DNA of 64,000 bases from the sequence record DRR723986_3008. One strand, 5' to 3'. The position numbers were made by a program, and so were the translations under genes. The notes under the pieces are model-generated. The model did no database searches, was not told the origin of the DNA, and saw only the letters and a list, made by a program, of their open reading frames with translations. Below, piece after piece: positions 50,882-60,256 of this stretch (position 1 is the stretch's first letter; every line of letters starts with the position of its first letter).

Positions 50882-51035
50882 TCTTCCCTTAGGTTCGCTT
50901 TCAACCAACCGTCCCGGTCCTGACAGCGGGTTCGGCCCAGATAACCTGTTGGCCCGGGTTACTGGAATCTCTTTTGACCCTGAGTAAAGGCAAAAGAAAA
51001 AGGCCGCGCCTTCCCTAGGCGCGGCCTTGTATTTT
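50882..51035. ncRNA. Candidate structured small RNA
   Basis: GC-rich island with several consecutive hairpins ending in a perfect 12-bp stem, inside an AT-rich intergenic gap; family not recognised. Confidence 0.45.
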
Positions 51036-51169
51036 AATTCCAAGGTTTCTATTTTTATATTAATAGCTTACTTACCCAATTCAATTTTATTGACCGCACT
51101 CAATAACCTCGCTGTACACTCACGATAAATTACTTACCCCTCTCGTAATTCGATTTAAGGGCCACACAT

Positions 51170-53002
51170 TTGTCACTTTCCAAAACACTGGCGGACATTG
51201 AAAATACACTGGCCAAAGGCAATGCAAGGGGCGCCTTAAAAAAGTGGCTCAACGCTACTATAGAAATGCGGATAGCTTTCTTAGGAAAGAATTCAACTGA
51301 AACAAGCCAACAGTCTACAATTCAAACACTTGCAGATCAGCAAATAAAACTGTTTGAGCGCGTTCTTATCGCTTCAATTGACCTACTCACCCAAAAAGAT
51401 ATTTGTTCGGTTCTGGAAAACAAACAGCACATTTCTAATCTCTATACCATCAGCACATATGGCAGCAGTTTGAAAGCACGAGCCACTCTTTTAAGCGAAA
51501 AGCCCCTTGGCAGTGACAACGTAAACTCCACCCATGCAGTGTTAGATTTGTTGCTGTGTAGTTACGAAGACTTTGGTGCAGTTGAATCAAACTTGATTAA
51601 AAAACTCCCCGTTAATATGCGGCTGGGCTTTATTTTGGCTTTTATCGGCAATCCATTCACTTACACATCAAGCCATGAAAAGTGGCGCAGTTGGCTTTTT
51701 GATCAATTGGAATTACTGCCAGATACTTTAAACATAATTCCCTGGGCTACACTCGTAACGACCGCGGCTATGTCGTGCAGTTATGCTTCCACTGCAAAAA
51801 AGCACAAAGTCCGCGCCAAAATCAATAAAATGCTAGCTCACCGCCTACGGCGCTATCATATATCGAAATTTGACAAACGGCCCCAAAGACCAAAACCAAA
51901 GTTGTTGATCATTGCGGAACAAATGCAACCCGATCATGCAATGTATCGTTGTTATGCGCCTTCAATACGAAGTCTAAAGTTCAAATTCGATGTGACCATG
52001 ATGATCTGTCACGGAGAGGATGACGGCAGATTGTCATCAATGGTTGATGTGTTGGAAACGACCCCGATGAACCAAAGTATCGAAACGTATATTGAGAGAA
52101 TAATCCATCATCAACCTGATATCATCTACTATCCCAGCGTGGGCATGAGCTTAAACACACTCGCCGCCGTCTCCATTCGTATGGCGCCGCTTCAAATTAT
52201 GACAAACGGGCACCCTGCTACATCCATGTCAGAGGCTATGGACTATATGATTCTTGTGAACGAGGTCTTTGGTGGCGCTGAGTTTTTCAGTGAAAAAATC
52301 ATCTTGAGGTCAAAAGGCCCGCATTATGTAGGGCGTAAAATTCGGTCCCCAATACTTGTTAATATTAGAAAGCAGCCAGAGACAATTCGCGTTGCGGTTC
52401 CAGCTTACCTCAGAAAAGTGAATGTCTACTTTATCCAAGCATGTCGAGAAATTACCTCTCAATCAAAAAAGAAAGTGCAATTTGTTTTCTTTCCGAACAG
52501 GGTAGGTGCCGAGCATTGGGAGGCAAAGAAAAAACTCGAAACATTGTTACCTGCAAAGGTCTTGCCACGCACAAATTACGCAACCTACATTCAAAACCTC
52601 AATCAATGCGATATACATCTCAGCACTTTTCCTTTTGGCTCGGCAAATGGAGTTGTTGACTCTGCATTACTTGGACTACCAATTGTTAATCTAATTGGCA
52701 CGGAACCGCATTCGCGTTTAGACGCTAATCTGGTTAATCGTTATGACCAGCCTAACTGGCTAACAGCAAATACAATAGATCAATACATTGAATCAGCAGT
52801 AAAATTGATCGATGATGATGAGCTAAGAATTTCAATTACAAGCAGTATTCTTAAATCAAATCCCGCCAGCCATTTGTTGGTGGACGAAGGCACCGCTTGT
52901 CATGATTTTGCGGAATTAGTTTACCTTATATATGAAAAGCACGAGAAAATTAGCGTCAATGATCAGAAAGTATGGGACATAGACGAACTTAACGCCATCT
53001 GA
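51170..53002 (+). CDS. HMW1C/NGT-like protein glycosyltransferase (GT41)
   Basis: HAMYRCY, YYPSVGM, APLQIMTNGHPATS, FSEK, RKVN and CDIHLSTFPFGSANGVVD parallel the HMW1C motifs HS.YR, GHPATT and FPFG.TNG..D; 610 aa; TTG start. Confidence 0.8.
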   Translation: MSLSKTLADIENTLAKGNARGALKKWLNATIEMRIAFLGKNSTETSQQSTIQTLADQQIKLFERVLIASIDLLTQKDICSVLENKQHISNLYTISTYGSSLKARATLLSEKPLGSDNVNSTHAVLDLLLCSYEDFGAVESNLIKKLPVNMRLGFILAFIGNPFTYTSSHEKWRSWLFDQLELLPDTLNIIPWATLVTTAAMSCSYASTAKKHKVRAKINKMLAHRLRRYHISKFDKRPQRPKPKLLIIAEQMQPDHAMYRCYAPSIRSLKFKFDVTMMICHGEDDGRLSSMVDVLETTPMNQSIETYIERIIHHQPDIIYYPSVGMSLNTLAAVSIRMAPLQIMTNGHPATSMSEAMDYMILVNEVFGGAEFFSEKIILRSKGPHYVGRKIRSPILVNIRKQPETIRVAVPAYLRKVNVYFIQACREITSQSKKKVQFVFFPNRVGAEHWEAKKKLETLLPAKVLPRTNYATYIQNLNQCDIHLSTFPFGSANGVVDSALLGLPIVNLIGTEPHSRLDANLVNRYDQPNWLTANTIDQYIESAVKLIDDDELRISITSSILKSNPASHLLVDEGTACHDFAELVYLIYEKHEKISVNDQKVWDIDELNAI

Positions 53003-53025
53003 AGAAGTTAGTAAGCGAGGTTAAC

Positions 53026-53694
53026 TTGACTAAAGAAAGCAAGAAAATACTCCTTTTCGGCGATGGTCGATTTGCCGAGTTGGCATGGTATGTTCTGACA
53101 CATGACAGCCCCCACAATGTCGTAGCCTTTGTTGTGGATGGAGACTTTCTCAACAAAAAAAGCCTTTTCAATATTCCTGTAATAGCCTTTGAAGACTGTG
53201 TAGACAAATATGGTCCGGAAGATTTTTCAATGATTGTGCCGCTGGGGTACCAGGGCCTTAATAGGCTGAGACAAAAGAAGTATCTTGAAGCAAAATCGAA
53301 AGGCTACGGCTTTATTAGTTACGTGTCCTCTCGCGCAAGTTCATGGGGCAACGTTTCTATCGGTGAAAATTGCATGATCTACGAAAATGCTACGCTGCAA
53401 CCTTTTTCCAAAATCTCTAATAATTCGATCGTGCGAAGCAGCGTACATATATCTCATCATGTTCAAATTGAAGAACATTGCTTCATTTCAGCCGGAACTT
53501 GCATTGGCGGTAGCTCAAAAATTGGAAAATCCAGCTTTTTGGGCCTGAGTTCCACAATTCGCGATAATCTAACAGTCGCCGAAAAAACATTTGTTGCGGC
53601 AGGGTCTGTCGTAGTGAGTGACACAGAGCCAAATGGCCTATATCTTGGAGTGCCCGCGAAGAAAACAACTAAATCCGCAGATCATTCACTCTAA
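53026..53694 (+). CDS. PglD/NeuD-like sugar N-/O-acyltransferase (left-handed beta helix)
   Basis: N-terminal LLFGDGRFAE Rossmann-like domain, hexapeptide repeats, ISHH, VAAGSVV...GVPA. Confidence 0.88.
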   Translation: MTKESKKILLFGDGRFAELAWYVLTHDSPHNVVAFVVDGDFLNKKSLFNIPVIAFEDCVDKYGPEDFSMIVPLGYQGLNRLRQKKYLEAKSKGYGFISYVSSRASSWGNVSIGENCMIYENATLQPFSKISNNSIVRSSVHISHHVQIEEHCFISAGTCIGGSSKIGKSSFLGLSSTIRDNLTVAEKTFVAAGSVVVSDTEPNGLYLGVPAKKTTKSADHSL

Positions 53695-53714
53695 CTCAGA
53701 GAGATCCGGCAAAC

Positions 53715-54572
53715 ATGACTATACCCATGATAGAGCAGCCGCTTATTATCAATATGTGCCCAACTGGGCTCGTATCGACAAAAGATCAGAATATTAATAT
53801 TCCAATCTCCCGCTCCGAGATTGTTGACACAGTGCTGCGAGCTGCCGAACTTGGTGTACAAATGGTTCACTTTCACGCACGCGATGATGCCGGTAAAGCT
53901 ACTAGCGATGCAGATAAATACGCCGCCATCTTCAGTGAAATACGCAAAAATACTATGGGCAAAGATCTTGCCATATGTGTAACAACAAGCGGCCGAAAAA
54001 CACCTGATGTAAATAATAGAGCTGAAGTATTGGATATAGATGGCGCGGCAAAACCTGACATGGCGAGTTTAACATTGAGTTCATTAAACTTTATGACGCA
54101 AGCGAGTGTAAACGAACCTGATACCATTCGGGAATTAGCGCAGCGCATGAAAAAGCGCGGCATTAAACCTGAATTGGAAGTATTTGATTTAGGCATGCTT
54201 AACTTTGCAAAAGTTCTTATTCGGGAAGGCTTAGTGGAAGCGCCATATTATTTTAATATCCTACTCGGCAACATCGGAACAGCTCAAGCCTCATTGTCCC
54301 ATCTAGCCGTTTTGGTGAATGACCTCCCAGAGGGAGCCATCTGGTCTGCCGCCGGCATAGGTCGCTTCCAAAAAACCATGAGCACAGTCGGCGTTGCCAT
54401 GGCAAATGGAGTTCGTATTGGGTTGGAAGATAATTTATGGGCGAGCTATGACCCAGTCAAAACACCAGCAACCAATATCGAACTTGTACAAGGCTTGCTA
54501 GATAGCGCAACCGCAGTGGGAAGGCCTTTGATGAGGGTGCAAGATTTACGCGCCCTACTTGATCTCAATTAA
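53715..54572 (+). CDS. Beta-keto acid cleavage enzyme family (BKACE/Kce, DUF849)
   Basis: IINMCPTG, Zn ligands HFHAR and RIGLEDN, PDMASL, KPELEVFD. Confidence 0.9.
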   Translation: MTIPMIEQPLIINMCPTGLVSTKDQNINIPISRSEIVDTVLRAAELGVQMVHFHARDDAGKATSDADKYAAIFSEIRKNTMGKDLAICVTTSGRKTPDVNNRAEVLDIDGAAKPDMASLTLSSLNFMTQASVNEPDTIRELAQRMKKRGIKPELEVFDLGMLNFAKVLIREGLVEAPYYFNILLGNIGTAQASLSHLAVLVNDLPEGAIWSAAGIGRFQKTMSTVGVAMANGVRIGLEDNLWASYDPVKTPATNIELVQGLLDSATAVGRPLMRVQDLRALLDLN

Positions 54573-54589
54573 AATAACCAACTAGATGT

Positions 54590-54634
54590 AAAAAAAAGCC
54601 GCCGAGTACAATACTTAGCGGCCCTTATTTTTTT
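54590..54634. terminator. Bidirectional intrinsic terminator
   Basis: A8-GCCGCCGAGTA-CAA-TACTTAGCGGC followed by a T-rich tail, between convergent BKACE and pntB. Confidence 0.8.
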
Positions 54635-54644
54635 GCCAACAAAC

Positions 54645-56066
54645 CTAATTCAGGGATTTATTGATCTCCTCAACCATCTTCTTGGCATCGGAAAATAGCA
54701 TCATTGTATTGTCGCGGAAGAACAGCTCGTTTTCCACGCCAGCATAGCCACTGCCCATTGAGCGTTTTATGAACAATACGGTTCCGGCCTTCTCAACGTC
54801 CAGAATGGGCATGCCGTAGATAGCGCTGGTTTTGTCTGTTTTCGCGGCAGGGTTAGTGACATCGTTAGCACCAATCACAAAGGCAACATCTGCACCTGCA
54901 AACTCGCTATTTATGTCTTCCAGCTCGAAAACCTCATCGTAAGGCACTGTTGCTTCGGCAAGAAGCACATTCATGTGCCCTGGCATACGGCCAGCAACCG
55001 GGTGAATGGCGTAAGCCACATCAACGCCTTCTTCCTTCAAAATGTCCGCCATTTCCTTCAAGGCGTGCTGTGCTTGCGCCACCGCCATACCGTAACCCGG
55101 CACGATGATCACTTTACCCGCATTTTTCATAATGAAGGCTGCATCTTCGGCTGAACCTTGCTTAACAGGGCGGGTTTCCGCACCCAATGGCCCGGCAGCA
55201 GCGGCATCATCGCCGCCAAAGCCACCGAGAATAACCGAGATAAACCCACGGTTCATGGCTTTACACATAATATATGAGAGGATGGCACCGCTTGAGCCCA
55301 CTAGCGCGCCGGTGACAATAAGCGCCGTGTTTTGAAGCGTGAAACCAATACCAGCCGCAGCCCAGCCTGAATAGCTGTTCAGCATGGAAACCACCACGGG
55401 CATGTCGGCGCCGCCAATGGGAATGATCAACAAAAAGCCAATGACAAAGCTTAGGATGGTCACAACCCAAAAAACACTAACCCCGCCAACCATTGCGCTT
55501 TGGTCTACGGCAAACCAAGCAATGCCGCCTACAATCGCTGCGGCAATAACAAGATTAATCAGATGCCGGGCAGGTAGCATAATCGGCGCACCGGACATGG
55601 TGCCGTTTAGTTTAGCAAAGGCAATAACTGAGCCAGAGAATGTAATGGCGCCGATGGCGATACCAAGCGACATCTCAATTTTTGATGCCATGAACATTTG
55701 GCCCAAAGCATCGGTAATGCCAAAGGCTGTTGGATTGAGGAAAGCACTGCCTGCAACAAGCACAGCTGCCAGACCAACAAGGCTGTGGAAAGCCGCCACC
55801 AGTTGCGGCATATCGGTCATAGCAATACGGCGCGCGGTAATAAAACCAATAGCACCACCAACCAAGATTGCACCAATGATCCAATCATAGCTAACAATAT
55901 CCGGGTTCATAACCGTGGTGACCACCGCAATGGCCATACCGAGCATGCCAAAAATGTTGCCTTGTCGGCTTGTCTCCGGGCTGGATAGCCCGCGCAAACT
56001 CATGATGAAGAAAACAGCAGCGACCATATAGGCGACAGCCGTCATATCGACGAAAAACTGATCCAT
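54645..56066 (-). CDS. pntB: NAD(P) transhydrogenase beta subunit
   Basis: AFHSLVG, GGADMPVV..LNSYSG, PGYGMAVAQ, HPVAGRMPGHMNVLLAEA. Confidence 0.98.
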   Translation of the reverse strand: MDQFFVDMTAVAYMVAAVFFIMSLRGLSSPETSRQGNIFGMLGMAIAVVTTVMNPDIVSYDWIIGAILVGGAIGFITARRIAMTDMPQLVAAFHSLVGLAAVLVAGSAFLNPTAFGITDALGQMFMASKIEMSLGIAIGAITFSGSVIAFAKLNGTMSGAPIMLPARHLINLVIAAAIVGGIAWFAVDQSAMVGGVSVFWVVTILSFVIGFLLIIPIGGADMPVVVSMLNSYSGWAAAGIGFTLQNTALIVTGALVGSSGAILSYIMCKAMNRGFISVILGGFGGDDAAAAGPLGAETRPVKQGSAEDAAFIMKNAGKVIIVPGYGMAVAQAQHALKEMADILKEEGVDVAYAIHPVAGRMPGHMNVLLAEATVPYDEVFELEDINSEFAGADVAFVIGANDVTNPAAKTDKTSAIYGMPILDVEKAGTVLFIKRSMGSGYAGVENELFFRDNTMMLFSDAKKMVEEINKSLN

Positions 56067-56077
56067 GACGGCGCTCC

Positions 56078-56374
56078 CTATTTCTTTTTCTTATACATGG
56101 CGAGCATGCGCGCCGTTACGGCAAACCCCCCAAATATATTGATGGCAGCTAGGCCAATCGCGATAGCACCCAGTATTTTTGAAATGCTTGCGCCTTCAGG
56201 GCCAACCGCAATAAGGGCACCAACAATGATCACACTGGAAATAGCGTTGGTAACGCTCATCAACGGCGTGTGCAGCGCCGGAGTTACCGACCAGACAACG
56301 TAATACCCGACGAAAATCGCCATGATAAAAATGCTGAACTGCTGAATGAATGGGCTAATTACTAATTCTGTCAT
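56078..56374 (-). CDS. pntAB: NAD(P) transhydrogenase alpha subunit, part 2 (membrane)
   Basis: VTPALHTPLMSVTNAISS, NIFGGF..T.RMLAM. Confidence 0.96.
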   Translation of the reverse strand: MTELVISPFIQQFSIFIMAIFVGYYVVWSVTPALHTPLMSVTNAISSVIIVGALIAVGPEGASISKILGAIAIGLAAINIFGGFAVTARMLAMYKKKK

Positions 56375-57510
56375 TTGTCGCCTCCTGTCAGGCGTGGGTG
56401 AATGATTGCACCGTCCTTGGTTACAAGGCTTTCGGTGATAATCTCGTCTTCAAAATCTATGGCAAGCGCGCCGTCAGAGACATGCGGCGTGATAAAGTGC
56501 ATCAAGTTACGGGCATAAAGGGCCGAGGCATCCGCCGCCAAACGAGACGGCACATTCTTGTGTCCAACAATGGTAACGCCGTCTACTTCAACCGTTTCAC
56601 CTACTTTCGAAAGCGCACAGTTACCACCCATTTCCACGGCCAGATCAACGATCACACTGCCGGGCTTCATAGACTTCACCATTTCTTCGGTGATCAATTC
56701 CGGTGCCGGACGGCCCGGAATGAGCGCCGTGGTGATGGCAATGTCTTGTTTTGCAAGCGTTTCAGCGATCAGTTTAGCCTGCTTGGCTTTATATTCATCG
56801 CTCATTTCCTTAGCGTAACCGCCTGAAGTTTCAGCCTCTGCTGTCTCTTCATCTTCCACCATTACAAACTTACCGCCCAAGCTTTCAACCTGTTCTTTGG
56901 TCGAAGGCCGGACATCTGTCGCGCTTACAATAGCACCCAGGCGTTTAGCCGTAGCAATTGCCTGCAGGCCCGCAACACCAACACCCATCACCATAACTTT
57001 AGCAGCCGCAACCGTGCCTGCCGCAGTCATCATCATTGGGAAGGCCCGGCCATATGCTTCGGCAGCATCAATTACGGCTTTATATCCCGCCAAATTGCTT
57101 TGACTGGACAAAACATCCATTGATTGAGCCCGTGTTATCCGTGGAACAAATTCCATCGCAACCGCCATCAAACCAGCATCTGCGTATGCGCTCAAGCGAT
57201 CGCTGTCCACGAACGGGTTTAGCGTCGCTAACATGAGTGCGCCTTTTTTGGCTTTTGATGCGTCAGCCCCTTCAAGGCCTTGCACTGAAAAGATAACATC
57301 CGCATCACCGACAGTTGTAGCCAGGTCAGTCGCAATCTTTGCACCAGCGGCCTCATAAGCATCGTCTGTTATTGCTGCCGAGATACCGGCGCCTGCTTCA
57401 ATAACAACGTCAAACCCAAGGCCTATCAGTTTTTTTACTGTTTCCGGGGACGCTGCAACACGCTTTTCCGCATCGCGCCGCTCCCGTATCACTCCAAGTT
57501 TCATGAACAT
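56371..57510 (-). CDS. pntAA: NAD(P) transhydrogenase alpha subunit, part 1 (dI)
   Basis: RITRAQSMDVLSSQ, GVGVAGLQA, GGYAKEMS, TALIPGRPAP. Confidence 0.97.
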   Translation of the reverse strand: MFMKLGVIRERRDAEKRVAASPETVKKLIGLGFDVVIEAGAGISAAITDDAYEAAGAKIATDLATTVGDADVIFSVQGLEGADASKAKKGALMLATLNPFVDSDRLSAYADAGLMAVAMEFVPRITRAQSMDVLSSQSNLAGYKAVIDAAEAYGRAFPMMMTAAGTVAAAKVMVMGVGVAGLQAIATAKRLGAIVSATDVRPSTKEQVESLGGKFVMVEDEETAEAETSGGYAKEMSDEYKAKQAKLIAETLAKQDIAITTALIPGRPAPELITEEMVKSMKPGSVIVDLAVEMGGNCALSKVGETVEVDGVTIVGHKNVPSRLAADASALYARNLMHFITPHVSDGALAIDFEDEIITESLVTKDGAIIHPRLTGGDK

Positions 57511-57702
57511 TCCCCGTGAAACTGTTAATTCAAAATCAGGTTTCAGTATCCTCTTGTACGTACGTTACGCTCAATCAGCTTAACTAAACATCACGCAACT
57601 TTACAGCATAGGGCTACCGTTCCTGTGGATGAAAAGGTAAAGCAAATATCCGTATGAGCAAGTTTCTTTCTTTCGATTAGAGTAATAGGGAAAATTTTAT
57701 CT

Positions 57703-57717
57703 TTACCATTTTGTTAA
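57703..57717. promoter_or_regulatory. Putative CtrA box
   Basis: TTAC-N7-TTAA, one mismatch to TTAA-N7-TTAA, 80 nt upstream of the TacA-like gene. Confidence 0.5.
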
Positions 57718-57797
57718 CCGATGCCCTGAAATGATACAGCCAAGGCCCCTACAACTCGTACAGTAAAACACTATCACATCAGGCACACATAATTGTC

Positions 57798-59258
57798 ATG
57801 GCGCAAAAAACAGTTCTTATTGTTGAAGACGAGATTACCCAAAGCGCTTTGCTGGAAGGTATTATAAAGCGTGCTGGCTATAAACCACATATGGCGTTTA
57901 GCGGTGCAGAAGCCTTAAAAGCCCTCAACAGCTCACTAGGCAAAGAAGTAGATATTGTGTTGCTAGACCTTGTAATGCCCGGCATGGACGGCATCGAGGT
58001 TTTGCAAAAGATCAGGCCAATCTGGCCAAAATTGCCAGTGATCATGCTGACAGCGCAATCTTCTATCACAACAGTTGTCGACGCGATGCAGGCTGGTGCA
58101 AATGATTTTATCGTAAAACCCGCCAGCGCAGAACGCATAAGGTCAGCCGTTGATGCTGGTTTAGAAACTACCTCATTTGTCGGTGAAATTGAGCCCATGC
58201 GCAAAGGCATGGCGGCAGCCGGGTTTGCCAATTTAATCGGCGAAAGTGCAACCATGCGCCGCGCGGTTGCCTTGGCAGAGCGTGCAGCGGGCGCCAGCAT
58301 TCCGGTACTGGTAGACGGCGAATCAGGCGTCGGTAAGGAAGTATTTGCCCGTGCAATTCACGGGGCAGGCGATCGTTCAGATAAACCTTTTGTGGCTGTA
58401 AATTGCGGCGCAATCCCAGAAAATTTGGTGGAGAGTATTCTTTTTGGCCATGAAAAAGGCGCGTTCACTGGCGCAACGGAAAAACGTATTGGCAAATTTG
58501 AAGAGGCGCATGGTGGTACTTTATTCTTGGATGAAGTCGGCGAACTTCCCACCGATATTCAGGTAAAACTCTTGCGCGCCCTGCAGGAAAAAGAAATTGA
58601 CCCTGTTGGCGGGAGATCAAGCCTGCCGGTTGACATTCGCATTATCTCAGCAACCAACCGTAATTTGGCAAGCCTGGTTGCAGACGGCGCCTTTCGAGAA
58701 GATCTTTTTTACCGACTAAATGTTTATCCCATCACGTTACCGCCCCTGAGAGACCGCAAGGAGGACATACCCGCTCTCGTGTCTCATTTTTTGACGTTAC
58801 TTCCGGAAATGGAAGACTTGCCCGCAAAAACCATTTCCGCTTCCGCGTTAGCGGGTTTGGCGGCCTACCATTGGCCGGGCAATATTCGCCAATTACAAAA
58901 TGCGCTGTTTCGTGCCGTTATTTTATCCGATCATCAACAACTGGAGATCCGTGATTTTCCGCACCTTGAAAGCCATAATGCAAATTCATTGACCTTCGGC
59001 GATGAAACCAAGTTTCTGCTTACTGAACCAAACAGTAGCGCAACGCCCACTTTTTCCGCTGGCGTGACTGCCGATGATACCTTAGTTAATTTACTAGGTG
59101 ATGGTGGTCATGTCCGATCACTTGCAGATGTTGAAGCGGAAATTATTCGCCGAACCATAACCCATTATGATGGCAAAATGGCCGAAGTGGCCAGACGTTT
59201 GGGCATAGGTCGGTCAACATTATACCGCAAGTTAGATGATTATGACTTGAAACCGTAG
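57798..59258 (+). CDS. Sigma54-dependent response regulator (REC-AAA+-Fis HTH), TacA-like
   Basis: LLDLVMP, GESGVGKE, GAFTGA, WPGNIRQL, MAEVARRLGIGRSTLYRKL. Confidence 0.93.
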   Translation: MAQKTVLIVEDEITQSALLEGIIKRAGYKPHMAFSGAEALKALNSSLGKEVDIVLLDLVMPGMDGIEVLQKIRPIWPKLPVIMLTAQSSITTVVDAMQAGANDFIVKPASAERIRSAVDAGLETTSFVGEIEPMRKGMAAAGFANLIGESATMRRAVALAERAAGASIPVLVDGESGVGKEVFARAIHGAGDRSDKPFVAVNCGAIPENLVESILFGHEKGAFTGATEKRIGKFEEAHGGTLFLDEVGELPTDIQVKLLRALQEKEIDPVGGRSSLPVDIRIISATNRNLASLVADGAFREDLFYRLNVYPITLPPLRDRKEDIPALVSHFLTLLPEMEDLPAKTISASALAGLAAYHWPGNIRQLQNALFRAVILSDHQQLEIRDFPHLESHNANSLTFGDETKFLLTEPNSSATPTFSAGVTADDTLVNLLGDGGHVRSLADVEAEIIRRTITHYDGKMAEVARRLGIGRSTLYRKLDDYDLKP

Positions 59259-59283
59259 AGACCTGTAATAGTAGGAGTTCACC

Positions 59284-60111
59284 TTGATTGGCGTTTTTGA
59301 TTCTGGCTCTGGCGGCCTAACAATTTTAAAAGCGCTCACGATGCAGCTTCCTGACCAGGATTTTTTATATCTAGGTGACCACGGCAACGCCCCTTATGGC
59401 CACCGAAGCAACGAACAAATTGTTGAGCTTACCAAAGCAGGCGTCGCGCAATTGATGGATGCAGGATGTTCGCTGGTTATTCTTGCCTGCAATACTGCCG
59501 CGGCGGTCGCGCTTAGAAGCCTGCAGGAAAGCTGGCTACCCTCCCAGTATCCGGAAAATAGGATTCTCGGGGTGCTGGTACCCATGGTCGAGGCAATAAC
59601 CGGTGTGCCGTGGTCTCATCAAGCCAAAAGTCAAACACGCGGCGCAGAGCAAATATTATTGCTCGCCACCCAAAAAACGGTTGCCAGTGGTGCGTATAAT
59701 GATGAAATCAAAAAACGGTCTCCACACATAAAACTGGTGCAAAAAGCTTGCCCAGGGCTGGTTGATGCCATCGAAGGCGCCGCCGGTTCAGCACCGCTAA
59801 GAGGAATGATAGAAGGCTATGTCAGCGAGGTCGATACGAGCGGCATGTCAACTGCTGTGCTGGGCTGCACCCATTTCCCATTAGTTGAAAGCTATTTTAA
59901 AGCCGCGCTGAGCGATGATATTAAAATATTGTCGCAACCTGAAATTGTCGCTGATGCCCTAGCCCATTATTTAAAGCGACACACGCGCTTTCAATCGACC
60001 GGAAAAGGCCGCGTTACCTTGCTAACAACCGGCGACCCGAACACTGTTAATACAGTCACCGCACGATTTGTCGGTGAAAATTTAAAATTTTCATCAGCCG
60101 CCCTTTCATAA
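59284..60111 (+). CDS. murI: Glutamate racemase
   Basis: GVFDSGSGGL, PYG, LACNTA, LGCTHFP; AGGAG RBS before TTG. Confidence 0.96.
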   Translation: MIGVFDSGSGGLTILKALTMQLPDQDFLYLGDHGNAPYGHRSNEQIVELTKAGVAQLMDAGCSLVILACNTAAAVALRSLQESWLPSQYPENRILGVLVPMVEAITGVPWSHQAKSQTRGAEQILLLATQKTVASGAYNDEIKKRSPHIKLVQKACPGLVDAIEGAAGSAPLRGMIEGYVSEVDTSGMSTAVLGCTHFPLVESYFKAALSDDIKILSQPEIVADALAHYLKRHTRFQSTGKGRVTLLTTGDPNTVNTVTARFVGENLKFSSAALS

Positions 60112-60185
60112 TCGCTGCATCAAATTCCCAAAAAACAAAGTTGCCTTAAGCTGCGACAATCTGCCGTAGCGCCTTTCGACTTTTA

Positions 60186-60199
60186 TTGACTTTGGTCAA
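60186..60199. promoter_or_regulatory. FNR/FixK-family box
   Basis: TTGAC-tttg-GTCAA palindrome upstream of the cco operon. Confidence 0.78.
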
Positions 60200-60256
60200 G
60201 CACAAAAAAAACCGCCTGCTGTATGTCTGCCTCTATCGCGTCAGGGATTATTGAGT

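Noticed and set aside
50843-51043. 66-aa minus-strand ORF over the hairpin island
   Set aside because: TTG start, no clear RBS, and it reads through a terminator-like stem; an RNA-structure explanation fits better.
56078-57510. Split pntA as a frameshifted pseudogene
   Set aside because: The three-gene transhydrogenase is the normal Rhodospirillum-type arrangement; the parts join by an ATGA overlap.
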